A DNA stretch of 64,000 nt from Diadema antillarum (taxonomy: Eukaryota), in contig NW_027272210.1 of the NCBI RefSeq assembly GCF_040938485.1, positions 62,001 through 126,000 of the forward strand, in the 5' to 3' direction. Below, in pieces: positions 1-11,526 of this stretch (position 1 is its first letter; each line of letters begins with the position of its first letter). The notes under the pieces were generated by a model, which saw only the letters and a list, made by a program, of their open reading frames with translations, had not been told where the DNA came from and did not search any database. Both the position numbers and the translations under genes were made by a program.

Positions 1-717
1 AATTGTCGTGTAGTCCCACATACTATCTTTTTTTGTGGTACATTTTCAAAAATAGCATAATTTGACATCATTTTGCCCCTAAAATTTCACTTTTTGAAGA
101 CATTCCTGTTTTTGTTTATTTAGGAGATAGAACTAAGTAGGTTTCAGCTAGCACTTATGTTAAGGGTACAAATTTAGTCAGAAAATGTGAATAAAAATAT
201 GTCAAAAATAGTGTTGGGCCAGTAAATTGGCCCTTAGTAGGTTACGGGTTTAATCAACTCTCGTTGTCTTTATTTCAGACAAGCTGGAAATGCATGTACT
301 GCGAATGCGTCGATCTGCGATCACAAGACACAACGTAATCGCTATAAGAATTACTGTGATATTTACACACGCCAAGAGGAGTAATCATAACGGAAGTTAC
401 TCAGTTATTGCATGCTTGCCTTTGACTTTGCTGACTATGTAGACAATTGCATCTTGTAATGAAATAATATCTGCATGAACTTGTGAATGACCGAGGTCTC
501 TGTTGTCAAGCGCACCTCATATAGTGGACTTTGTCACCGCTCATAGTAGTTCGACACCATGAACAGGTTGGCTCTGATAGACAGTATAAGTCAATCAAAA
601 AATGATACGATTGTCGCTGCCCTATACTTCTAATTAAAGGGGTGTTCTAGCGCAAATTCAATAGTGTTTGCACTTTGAACAGTCTGAGCTTGATCAGTCA
701 TTTTGACCATTGGTAGA

Positions 718-737
718 TATTATTATCATTATCATTA

Positions 738-813
<76 letters not shown>

Positions 814-820
814 CATTGCT
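718..820. repeat. (TTA/TAT)n trinucleotide microsatellite
   Basis: Directly visible tattattat run with a few CAT interruptions; it produces the poly-Tyr ORF 703..891. Confidence 0.95.
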
Positions 821-1479
821 GCTGCTGCTTTGAAAAAATAAGGAGAAATATTACCTGCGTCCAAGATTACTATTCCGTCAAAAAAATTTGATACTTAAAA
901 TTACATAACTTTCTTACTACCTGTCCGATTATATTCATCTTAATCTCATCTATTCATGTAAAAAATGGATATCAAATGAAATTCATGTACGTGTCAGCGG
1001 GAGACTATAGTAAGGCTAATATCGTAATCTCTTCCAAATTTTCGAATGTAGTTAATTGCGACTGATGTACTGTTTTGTGAAGCAGGCATCGAGGAAATTC
1101 TTATTCTGCATCTAATTTTGATGCAACCTCTGTCTTTCTGTTCGTCTGATTTTCTCTTTAAGTCCTCTATTCCATGCCATTTCGAAGTCGACTTTTATTG
1201 AAAGGAAATTAAATCATAATTTATACTTTAAAAAAAAAATCAAAGTCAACTTGGGGAATCGTGCTATAAAGGCAACTTTATCGTTGAGTGGAAAGAACGT
1301 TTGCAAGAGGTGGTTCAAAGTCCAAACAGTGACCACGATGAATGTTTACTCTATTCAAATAAGAAAAGCAGCTCTGCCACTCCTGTTCTGTCTGTCTGTC
1401 TGTCTGTCTCTCGATCAGCCAGATATATGCATGGAGAAAAGACGAAAGAGTAAGTTACAGAGGGAGGAATGACATATAC

Positions 1480-1526
1480 CTATATCTATATCTATCTATC
1501 TATCTATCTATCTATCTACCTACCTA
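1480..1526. repeat. (TATC)n microsatellite
   Basis: Direct tandem tatc/tacc units. Confidence 0.9.
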
Positions 1527-1754
1527 TTATAAATCGTTCCTCCAATTCACTGTTTCTCTTTTTGTTCAGCCACTTTTTTTTTTCACTGAACTTGATTATT
1601 TTATATGTATCTAATTGATGTGTGCGTGTGTGTGTTTCTGCAAGGTGAAACGAACTATCTGAAATATATTGTTCTCTACTAAATATATGTAAAAATTGTA
1701 ATTACTCGGATCATTAATTGGATAAGGCAGGGACTGGAGAGATGTGAATCAAAG

Positions 1755-1846
1755 CTCTGAGAAGTGCGTCAGTATATCTAATCATAGGTATTGAAGTAGT
1801 TTCCCGTTTGAGGTGGCCAGATCGACGGAAATTCACCACCTCAGGG
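1755..1846 (-). ncRNA. Intronic stem-loop element, copy 1 (family unrecognised)
   Basis: Outer stem ctctgag/ctcaggg, inner stem around tttcc(c)gt/acgg(g)aa, 17-nt loop; core 1793-1829 is 33/37 identical to 2404-2440. Confidence 0.4.
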
Positions 1847-2377
1847 TTATTTATGCTATAATATGATTCGTGATATAGATATATACCCAGTCAGTAAAAG
1901 ACTTACCAAGCTGCCCTTTGAAAGAAATAGGGTTATCTCATACACTGATGGAGAGTGGGAAATCTGAGGACATCACATGTTCCTATATAGGCCCCTATAC
2001 TGATGGTTATGCTCACGCAACTTATTTATGGCTGCCGCTGAACAAAAGAGTCTCGAAACAGCGGAATGGGACGTGTAACCTGTGTGCCGTAATTTGAACC
2101 TGCCTGCTTGCCCCTGCAAAGAAAACAAGGTGGAGAATGCTGGTGACGCCTTCCCTTTAACCTACTCTACTAGCTGTGTCCCAAAGGTACATCAGCTCCG
2201 GCCACTACTTTATAGTATGCTCTAGTGAAAGAGTAGATGGAAAAGTCCGTCTGTCCGTCTGTTATAGGCACACTCGAGCCTAGGCCTGCCTATACGCAAA
2301 TTTTAGCAGAGCCTCTTGCATCTTGTCCCAGACATATCTGGACGAAATGTTGCCCTACCATCCAATGGGCGATCCTA

Positions 2378-2455
2378 CCCTGATGGACGCATTCGTCGCC
2401 AGTGAAGCAGTCTCCCGTTTGAGGTGGCCAGACCGACGGGAAAACAGCATCAGGG
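2378..2455 (-). ncRNA. Intronic stem-loop element, copy 2 (family unrecognised)
   Basis: Perfect 8-bp outer stem ccctgatg/catcaggg; inner stem (minus strand) gttttcccgt/acgggagac; same loop as copy 1. Confidence 0.4.
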
Positions 2456-2741
2456 TTTGCCATTTGATTTGTGATTTATACAAATATCCAGTCAATATAC
2501 GACTTACCACAGAGGTTGGACTTACCGAGTATTCGGCTCCTGAGGGCTGAGAGCAGGTTCTTGGTTCTAGAAAGAAAGGGGTTCACACGTCCTTCCGATA
2601 CCAAATCCAGCAGCCAAGAGAGCGATATTTTGCAGGGCAGCAGCAGCTGACCTACCCTGCCTCCTATAGTCTTTCACCCAGCCCCCTTTACTAACTACTG
2701 AACCCTGCCCTGCCCTGCAACTGTATGCGCTCATGACGCGA

Positions 2742-2750
2742 CCAATCAGG
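2742..2750. promoter_or_regulatory. CCAAT box (ACCAATCAG, NF-Y-like)
   Basis: Consensus match in a CpG-containing patch about 40 nt upstream of the inferred minus-strand start. Confidence 0.35.
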
Positions 2751-3087
2751 ACATTTCCTTTCAAGTCGCTCAGAGCTGCTGTTGATGTTTTGTCACACCT
2801 GAAACTCGTTAAAGTCAAATGACAATAAAACTGCATGCATTAAACTATCAATGACAATTGAAATACTCATAGTAAATGCCTATGCTAATTTATTCTATAA
2901 TACATTGTAGTATGAATATTATAGTTTAACCTTTGATATGTAGGTGCAGGTTTGGTATTGATCTTTCTCATAAAGTATTGTTATACAAATTTTGCCACAG
3001 AGTCAACAATGACAAGACGTTATAGTTAAATTGTACACGGAGCCAGTGCAGTGGTTGTCAGCATAGTTCGCTGGAACGGGGCTTCCT

Positions 3088-3106
3088 GTCACGTGAGTGA
3101 CGTGAC
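3088..3106. promoter_or_regulatory. Tandem E-box (GTCACGTGA) and CRE-like (TGACGTGAC) motifs
   Basis: gtcacgtgagtgacgtgac next to an ETS-like cttcct; motif match only. Confidence 0.3.
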
Positions 3107-4639
3107 ACAGTGTTTTTCGAACTTTGAATGGCGTGGCGTCTGTATGGCTCATCGAAAAGAGGAAGACACAAAACCAGCAGTTAGGATCTGATCAAAAAGA
3201 GAAAATACAATACAAAACGATGTCTGAATAGCTACAGTAAGCTATGAGAGATTACAGCTTGACAATGAAAGTATGCTTCGTGATACATCGTTCAGGTCGG
3301 TTCAATTCACTTTTATTTCTGAATTCCATTGTCAATGCAGCATTAAAATGATGATCAAAAAATCTTGGCATAATTATTATATGAATTACTTTCATCAGTA
3401 TACGTTGTATGATATGACATAGTATAATGTAGTATACTCTTAAAGTATATTGAATGTACGCTTTTGAAGGCAGCCAATCTCGTCTGTTGGATAAAAACAA
3501 AATTAAACAAAACAAAACAGAATGAAACAAAACAAGTTGAAACGAAACAAACCGAAAAACTATAAAGCTATAATGCGTCGTACATCGTTCATAATGTTTT
3601 TTTTTTGCATTTCTTTTTATATCGAATTCTATCAGATTAACTGTGGATGGAAACGATAATGGCGAAAACCAGAGAGCGATTGAGACAATTATATCCTTGA
3701 CCATATTAATACAGTAATTTTTTTTTCAAATTTCTTCACCAGTGCAGTGCATACAGTACCTCACACAATATGCTGCAGTAGCAGGACCTGATTATATGAA
3801 ATCATTACGATATGCGACCAAATTCATTTCGACAGTCTCACAAATTGACATAAATCATCATACAAAGTAGTGTAGATTTGTCTCGTAGATGCAAAAGAGA
3901 ACATTTCAATTTATTACAGAACAAGAAATTAAAGTGCATCAACCATTATTCACACACATTGCGGTTCACACTGGTTTGTGAGCTCAGCAGTGTTCATCCT
4001 GGTGCGATAAACTCCTATCTCACACCCTCTTACCATGATTATCCTTAAATTGCTTTGTTAGCACAGTTTGACCTCCATAATCATTGTAAGTTCAATGTAC
4101 ATTTGTACTACGGGTCACTGGAGTGATAAATCATAATAAGATTCGTGAATTTGGTTACTCAGTAGCCGTATATCTGCCATAGATTACTCTGAAAATGTAC
4201 CATCACGTGCAATGGGTATCGCACATGATGATAATTTTGTATAGGGCACAAAAGTGCATAAGAGAGCAGAATCTAATCCGATCTTTAATACCTATTTTGT
4301 AATATTCCCTTTACATAAGGTGTAAATGCTTCAACCTATTTACCACTGGTGACAACTTTCCGATAGAAGGAGATTTCTAGTCACCAGCACTCATAACCTT
4401 AATATGCATGCTTGCTTCCAGAAGTCAGTCTTGTCTAAAATTTTTCGTATACCACGCGATGCAGTAAACACTTATAAAAAAACCCAATGAAAACAAACAA
4501 ACAAACAACAAACAAATTAATCATTCATGTTAAAACAGTCTTTGACACTAAGAATTCCTCTTATAGTATTAGTTTAGATAACGATTCAGTTTTTAACTTT
4601 TTACGAGAAACTTAGAAAGCGCTTTATGAAATGTTAAAG

Positions 4640-4850
4640 ACTATACAATTCTAAGAGGCATTCAAAGTTTATTTCATAAACATCGGTTTTGAAATGGCCG
4701 ATATATTAAAAAACAAAGTAAAACAAAGCGATTCTAATAAAAGGTGGGTCCCACCTTTTGTTATGATAGCTTTGTTTTAGATATCTCGGCCATTTCAAAA
4801 CATATTTTCGTTAAATAAAATGTGAATTCCTCTTAGAATAATATGCCCTA
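4640..4850. mobile_element. Palindromic (foldback) MITE, copy 1
   Basis: Near-palindrome centred on ggtggg-t-cccacc (4743-4755) with arms ttctaagaggcattca / tgaattcctcttagaa; second copy at 34141-34340. Confidence 0.75.
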
Positions 4851-5885
4851 ACATAATTCATAGTAGATTGAAGCCCAATCTCAACCAAAACTGAACCATC
4901 CTTTTAGGTTTGTTATTGTTATGCATATCATGAGCTGATTCTTTTTTTCAAATTTTCCTTTAGAAACCAATAAAGTTTCTGGAGCGACGCATACGTATTG
5001 AAATTTCAATAACTTGAATGTCATTCCATTTACACGGTGTCTGATGGGGGGGGGGGGGGTCAAATTCACAATGCCAAAAAGCTTGCTGAGAACGCTCATG
5101 CCATTAATTATTTCGTTTAAATAATCAAAAGGAACAAAACAGGCTTTATCTCGAATTCTATCATGGAATCAACTTCCTCCAGCTTGGATGACATGAATTA
5201 TGGGTCACGCGCAGATGTCTTAGTAGTTTTAGTACCTTCGTTCATTCGGATGGAACCTCAAACTGTGAGTCCCGTGGTAGAGTGCTCATAACGATTATGC
5301 TTCCTTCGTTGTCACATAACTAAAGCCAAATGCGAGCGAATAATGAGGAGAAGAGAGTGTGTGTGAATTAAATAATATGAAACCAATATCACTTCACGGA
5401 AACAGGTAAATCTATTAGTCAAATAATACAAGTATATATGGGTGCAGTCATTTGCGACCACGAGACGACTACATCGGATTCTGTAACTTCAAAATTGTCG
5501 TCGCTGCTCTTGTTGAAATACGCTCTTGTAATCAAACTTCTCCGTCGCAGTGTGTTCGCCCTTGCTTCAGAGGGTATAATAAATGAAGCAGAGAGTGTGT
5601 CATAGTGTTAGTTCCCTTTAGTTAGTACGCTGTTATACTGGTGTACAATCCTATATATTCGCAACAATTTTCATTATCACATTCTTGCTAATTATCATAA
5701 TGCCCTTTTTCTTGTACATGTAGTTCGTTCACGATTACATGCATTTGGTTATGATTATAATATGAATGATAACATAATCAGATATCGCGTCTCTAGACTG
5801 AGATGCAAAAGATTATATGCAGCATAGCTCCCAATACATTTTACATGCAGAGCATGCATTATAACAGAATGGAAATTCTGTGTTT

Positions 5886-6949
5886 TTAAACCTTCATCCG
5901 GAATTCGTACATCTCCTCATAGTAGGCAATAATCTGGTCAGAGCACCTGGTGACGTCAGGCGTCATCTCCTCACGTGAAGGCATGGGTTTGGCCGACATG
6001 AACTCGACACTGCTCGTCGCGGTTCCGGAAAATGCCGAAACGGTCATTCGCAGTTCTTCGGCTTCGATTGGCGCCTTCCAAATTTGAAAGACGTCGAGGT
6101 CTTCCCGGAATTTCAGAAGCGCTTCGTCGTACGGAAGCCCGACCGCTCGGCAGTACTTCGACAGCATTTCGGCGGGGTTCGACAGGATGTCGTCGGCATC
6201 CATGATGATCGGGTCTTCGTCGAAGTTTTCACGGACGTGATTCCAGACGTCGTAGAGATCCTTGAAAAGGAGCCCGGGTGTCATGTAGGGGTCATCCCGC
6301 TCGAGGTCGAAGGTCTGTTCGTCTGCCGCGTCTCCCTCCAGCATCCCGAGTTGAGAGAATTGATCGAACATGGCCTTGCGGTTGGATTTCAGGACACGCA
6401 GTGGATGGCGAATAAGAAAGGTGTGCTTGTAATCCGACGGGATGCAAGCCAGGTCGTTCTTTCCCATCGCAAAACCCATATCCTTGACGAACACGTGATC
6501 ACCCTGTGTTCCTTCCAATCGCTCTTTCACAGACTCGTACCTGAGCAAGGAAGGAAATACAGATAAACCCACAAAAATATAGCGGAAATCGCATCATGAC
6601 AATATTGCAATAGTGAATATGAATTTGATCACTTAGCTGTTACAAGTATTTTGAAAGAGTCAAGGAATCTTTTTTTTTTCAATATGAAACTCGCCATTTC
6701 AAGAAGAGCAAAACTCTGTTGCAATTCAACTTGATAAGTGCCATCGACAATGTTTATTTCAATGTCAGCGTCGCTGTCGATTCAGTGGTATGAAAGAAGA
6801 AGGGGGGGGGAACAGCGACTAATTAGCAACGACATTATGACAATTAAAATGAAGTAATGTCAAAACCTCACATGTCTCTCATAGACCCACATTGCTCCTT
6901 TTGACATGAGATAAAACGAAAGGATCGCTTATATTGCATGATTTTATTT

Positions 6950-6984
<35 letters not shown>

Positions 6985-8724
6985 TTTGGGAAACTTTTTT
7001 TTTGGGGGGGGGGGGACGCGTAGCGCCGCTGAAATACCGACCCCCGGGACAGACGCAAACCATGTCATTTATTTTTAGTGAGATTATGTAAGCATGGTGA
7101 AAGAGTTGATTACATTCTCATATGCATAATGTGGCTGAAACCAATATCATTTGGTAAACATCACGAGTGAGCATAATAACTTGACACATCATTGCACATG
7201 CACATGTGGTATCAGATGTGGTTGCGACAATATTATTCGATAAACACAAACCTGAAATGGACAAGTTCCATATTAGGTTCTACTATGGAGCTTCGATTAC
7301 TCTATGACAACAAAGTCATGATCAACTTCCGCCAACTTGAACGTGCATGTTTCAAAATAGCGCTCTACAATTTACTATAGTACTTATATGAACAGGTCCT
7401 AGAAAGGAATGATCCAGTGCACGGTTTGTCCATTATTGGTGCGATTGTTGAAGTTTAATCATCTAAGCATGGCGGGAGGAAGTATAGTATCACTTGACGG
7501 GAACAAGGAAAATCTTTCATCCGTAGAAGTATTTCTGTCCGGCATGTGAGGACGGAGCTGTGGCAATCTAAAGTGAATCTCCATTCATGTTCGAAGTGAC
7601 TCTCAAAACAAATAAACTAGCAACAACTAAACAGAATCGTAAAACGTTTATCAAAAGTTCAAGAAAGAATACGAAAGTCAAGCAATGTTTTCAAGAAATA
7701 CTGGTATCGGACACAATCGCATTCAGGATTAAATGATGATAATTATTATAACCACTTAAACTTTCACTGCTTATGGCTTTCATACAGAGTTTCATTGCAT
7801 TCATTTGCAATAAATGAAAGTGAAACATAATTGATTGGCTTGGAATAATTCAAGGCACACTATTACGATCAAATCACGACTTTTTCTGTGTTAGAAGGGG
7901 AGTCTGCTTTGAAAGGTCAGTCATACGTAGTTGATCATTTCTGAAAAAAATGTATCCTTTAGTTCAAACGATTGAAGAGAATTATGTGGCGATAACATCA
8001 CGTCGTGTAATTTCCATACGTTACGTGTATGAGTGATATCAATAGTTCCTTAAAACGTTATTTTCTCGACACATTTCAGTTTCCCTTTAAGATTATCTCA
8101 CACGGGTTGCCGTTGCAATGCTCAACTGTGGAAATTTCTGAAAACAAACTTATTGTGTTAAATTTCAGCTGATTCCCTCTTGTTCACTTCTTTGCTTTAA
8201 AACACTGGTGTTGCAAGAAAAACCTTGAGCACATTACAAGGTGTGTGTAATTCAAAGTCATGTTGCCATCACTCTACATGAGTTCGTGACATATTCTTGA
8301 ACAATCTTAAATTGTGTAATCGTATGAGGTATGTACGATCAACAGTTACGCATTGAGTGTCGTTTAGACCAAAGAGATGATATCCTTGTAACATATAGCT
8401 ATGATACAACCAATTAATCAAATTTGAGCAGGCCTCTTTTCAAGCTTGTCTTTATACTTACGCGAGATGATCCGGTTTAAAAGTGCAGTGCGAAAAACTC
8501 TTCAGCAAGTCGGCTACTTCCTGGAAAACGTCCTCGTTACCATGGTAACTTCTGGGCAAATCGACCCCGAGTCGCTTCTTGGCGTCGAGTCTGGCAACGA
8601 AGCAGAAGAAGAACGGCTCGAACCAGACTTCGAGATCCTTCGTGGCGGTGAGACACTTCGTCAACGCAGAGGAGATCGAGCGAGGGACACACCACAAGAA
8701 AGTGCGGCTCTTTCCTTCCGCCAT
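5886..8724 (-). CDS. Stand-alone P-loop sulfotransferase-like protein (Sulfotransfer_5 / BCAT-like N-terminal domain type), 305 aa
   Basis: join(8724..8462, 6540..5886): 263+655=918 nt, phase-2 GTAAGT...CAG intron. Starts MAEGKSRTFLWCVPRSISSALTKCL (PAPS-binding PRS loop) and contains FVKDMG, HTFLIRHP, IIMDADDILSNPAEMLSKYCRAVGLPY, motifs typical of this family. Ends in TAA. Confidence 0.88.
6943..6987. repeat. (TTTA)n microsatellite
   Basis: Direct tandem units in the sulfotransferase intron. Confidence 0.85.
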
Positions 8725-10687
8725 ATTGTTACCGGCTACGATTTCAACTCGGTGTCGTCTGGTCGGATCGTCCGGCGAACTTGAGAGTGAATTAGTGAAA
8801 CTCTGCAGTTGTAGAGCACTCTTCACCAACTAATTAAGCGCCACAACATAAAATGTTTCACCAGGGAGTTACTAAACAGGAGAGGAAGGCAGAACCTCTC
8901 ATTTTGTACCAAAGCTCCGCGCCGCAGAAAGGTTACGCGCCCTTTGCTTAGACAAAAGGGAACGCTTCTGTTAAAAACCTGCATCATTCCTATAAATGAC
9001 AGTAAACCCACTTATCTCTATTAATAGCAGAGATCAATGAGCAAACCTCGCCAACAGCAGGTCGCTGTCCCTTTCATTTTTTTTCAGCGATCTCACAAGT
9101 GTGCAAAGAACAGAACGCACGAATGAAAATCAGTAGAATTTTACTTCTTTATTGTTAGATAGTATACATGAAGAAATAGTGAAAAGCAAATGATGTTATC
9201 CGTCAGATTTAACATTCAAACGCTCAACTTGGCGAACAAAATGCACGAAATGTGCGCAAGACCGTTGAATGTAACTTTTCATAGCTAATATTTTTTTATT
9301 TTTTCATTCTTTTTCCTTTTTTTAATTCCCTGGGCATTAATAACAAGATTTGAAAAAAAACAAACAAACAAACTTTGAAAGATTTGTATCGTAAAATAAA
9401 CATGTATCATCTGAAGTTCCGCAGAGGATTTTTAACATTTCCTCTGAAATATGGCTCAAAATTTGTGAAATTAAACATGAATCATTTGGCCGCTATCTAT
9501 ACCCAAACGCTGTCGAATAGCAGCTAGTGGAGCAGGGAACATCAAAGCCAGTTACGCATAATATTGTCATGCTACAGATCCTACGCAAAAATTCGCAAAA
9601 AAAAAAAAAAAAAATGCGAACAGATTCCACTCCTTCTATATATAACACCTTCATGGTTTAACTTTATAGTGCACCAAAGCTTTCTATAGACAAGCGGAAG
9701 AGGTGGTCGTTAAGCTATCAATGCGGTAATTTACCGTCAGACAATGAAAAAAAAAAACAGTTATAGGCACTTTGAACCGAGTTGAATTATGTGAATGTTA
9801 AACCGAGGGTATGTTGAGCTGACAGAGTTTTCCCCAAACGCAGGAAAGAGGGGAAAATACTCAGATGTTGTTGCACTTTGAGTATCAAAATAAGTTAAAA
9901 ATAGGACAGCAGCAGACATAGCAACCAATATGAAGTCTGCACTCGCTATAACGAATAACTGAAGAAGTCTTTCTAGAAAGTAGAAAAAAGTGAAACACAG
10001 TTATAAATGAAACAGGCAGTTATAAAAACATTGGAAAATTATGAAAGGATAATTTTATGAAACATTCTCTGACAAGACTATCCATTCTCTTGGTCAAAGT
10101 TTCTGTGATTTAGTTATCATAATCATGCAAATCATTGTAAATAATGTGATTCTTTATGATTGTTCTACTAAAACATAAATAATATATTTTTTCCTTTATT
10201 CCTACCAATTTGCAGATACGGGCTTACCTACGTATATAAACATACATGTAGGCCTATTTATCCTGTTTCCCCAGACCCCTAGCCAAAAAAACTGTGTCAG
10301 TGTCAGCAGAGCTCTTAACATAATTTCCTAGGGGCATATCCGGACAAAAAGGGCGGAAAAGTCGCTGTTGCTATCATGTAGAGAGAATTACGCAGTTAGT
10401 GCAGATGCTTTCTCGATATGGGTATTGTCATCTTTAAACAAATTTGGTTGACTTTGGCTTTTTGAAACACAGAATAATTCGAACAGGAACTGTGGGTAAT
10501 ATCCCTTTTCTATTTTTAGGCTGAAATGATAATATTGCCGGCTTTATTCTGTGGGAATAACGTTGGCCCGGCACTGCACTTTGTTTTATTATTATTATCA
10601 TTTTTTTTTTAGGGAATGTAAAAAACCACCAACGTCAGAGGATCGATATCAACATTGTCAACACCATCACTCCATCAGTGATACGTC

Positions 10688-11375
10688 GGTGTCATCCACG
10701 AGTTAGAAACCCGCGATTCATACGACCCACGATCTAGAGATTGGATAAAAAGGCCCACGAGTCATTTCGGCACACCCACGAGTCATAGAGCCGGCGAGAT
10801 AGACACCAAGTAAAACAGGCACACGAGTTAGACAATAGGCAAATAAGACTTTGTGTCTAGCTCGTGGACCGTGTAGCTCGTAGGCCTATTGTACTTGATG
10901 TCGAGTTCGTGGACTGTGTGACTCGTGGGGTCATCCCACTAGACCGACACCCACGAGTCATACAGCTCACGAGTTCGACATTGAAAACAAGTCCAAGAGT
11001 CATACAGCTAACGAGTCATACAGCCCATGAGTTCGACACTGGGCAAATAAAGCCCATGAGTTCTACACTAGGTAAAAACAGCCCACGAGTTCGACAGATA
11101 TAACACGGGGCTTAATGTGTCGGTCTCGTAGGCCTTGTTAGCTTCTGTGTCAACCTAATGGGCTGTATAATGACTCGTGAGCTGTATAACTCATGGGCTG
11201 TATGACTCGTGAGCTGTATAACTCATGGGCTGTATGACTTGGTGAGCTGTATGACTCGTAGGCTGTATGACTCGTGGGTGTCGGTCTCGTGACGTGCACC
11301 CTGACTCGTGAGCTTGTTACTAGTAACTTGTTGGCTGTATGACTCGTGGGTGTCAAGCTCGTGAAGTGCACCCAA
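10688..11375. repeat. Array of ~15-nt CACGAGTCATACAGC-type units in alternating inverted blocks (foldback-element-like)
   Basis: cacgagt units at ~10697-10830 and ~10950-11095; the complement actcgtg at ~10860-10930 and ~11170-11365; repeated terminus ctcgtga(c/a)gtgcaccc at ~11300 and ~11373. Confidence 0.85.
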
Positions 11376-11526
11376 TCCATCACTCTGTGATGCCCACGGG
11401 TTCACTTTAGTTATTAGGCCTACTATCAAGTAATATCTGTTGAACAGCACAAATGTCTGCACTCGTAGCAAAATGTGTCACATGCACAATGTGAAGAAGA
11501 ACACTCTCGTTAGACGGCAACAACGG

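Larger units (their letters stand above)
1527..2702 (-). ncRNA. Putative spliced non-coding transcript (or 5'UTR exons) with very small exons
   Basis: Minus-strand splice signals: donor GTAGGT at 2655; acceptor tttctttctAG then exon 2566-2526 with donor GTAAGT at 2525 (alternative GTAAGT at 2507); acceptor ttgttttctttgcAG then exon from 2113; GTAAGT donor at 1906; acceptor tttcaccttgcAG then exon ~1637-1527 with donor GTAGGT. Inr-like TCAGT near 2702 and CCAAT at 2742. No ATG-initiated ORF in the joined exons. No transcript evidence is available. Confidence 0.4.

Noticed and set aside
703-891. Poly-Tyr/Cys ORF
   Set aside because: Translation of the (TAT)n microsatellite.
1990-2075. HDV-like ribozyme (ends in GCGGAATGGGAC after a ccgctg/cagcgg hairpin)
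   Set aside because: It resembles the HDV 3' end, but no P1/P3/P1.1 pairings or proper P2 partner could be built upstream.
2378-2455. Hammerhead ribozyme, C/D snoRNA or CTCF-site reading of the duplicated hairpin
   Set aside because: CTGATGG is not followed by stem II plus GAAA; there is no conserved C box/D box pair or guide; TGGCCACC matches only the first half of the CTCF motif.
2323-2550. 75-aa plus-strand ORF over hairpin copy 2
   Set aside because: TTG start, no known motif, and copy 1 does not keep the frame.
6084-6566. 160-aa plus-strand ORF
   Set aside because: Antisense shadow of the GC3-rich sulfotransferase exon; no recognisable motif. The same applies to 8446-8784 and 8579-8833.
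10688-11375. CRISPR-like repeat-spacer array
   Set aside because: Eukaryotic context, repeats of only 7-15 nt in both orientations, spacers themselves repetitive, no cas genes.
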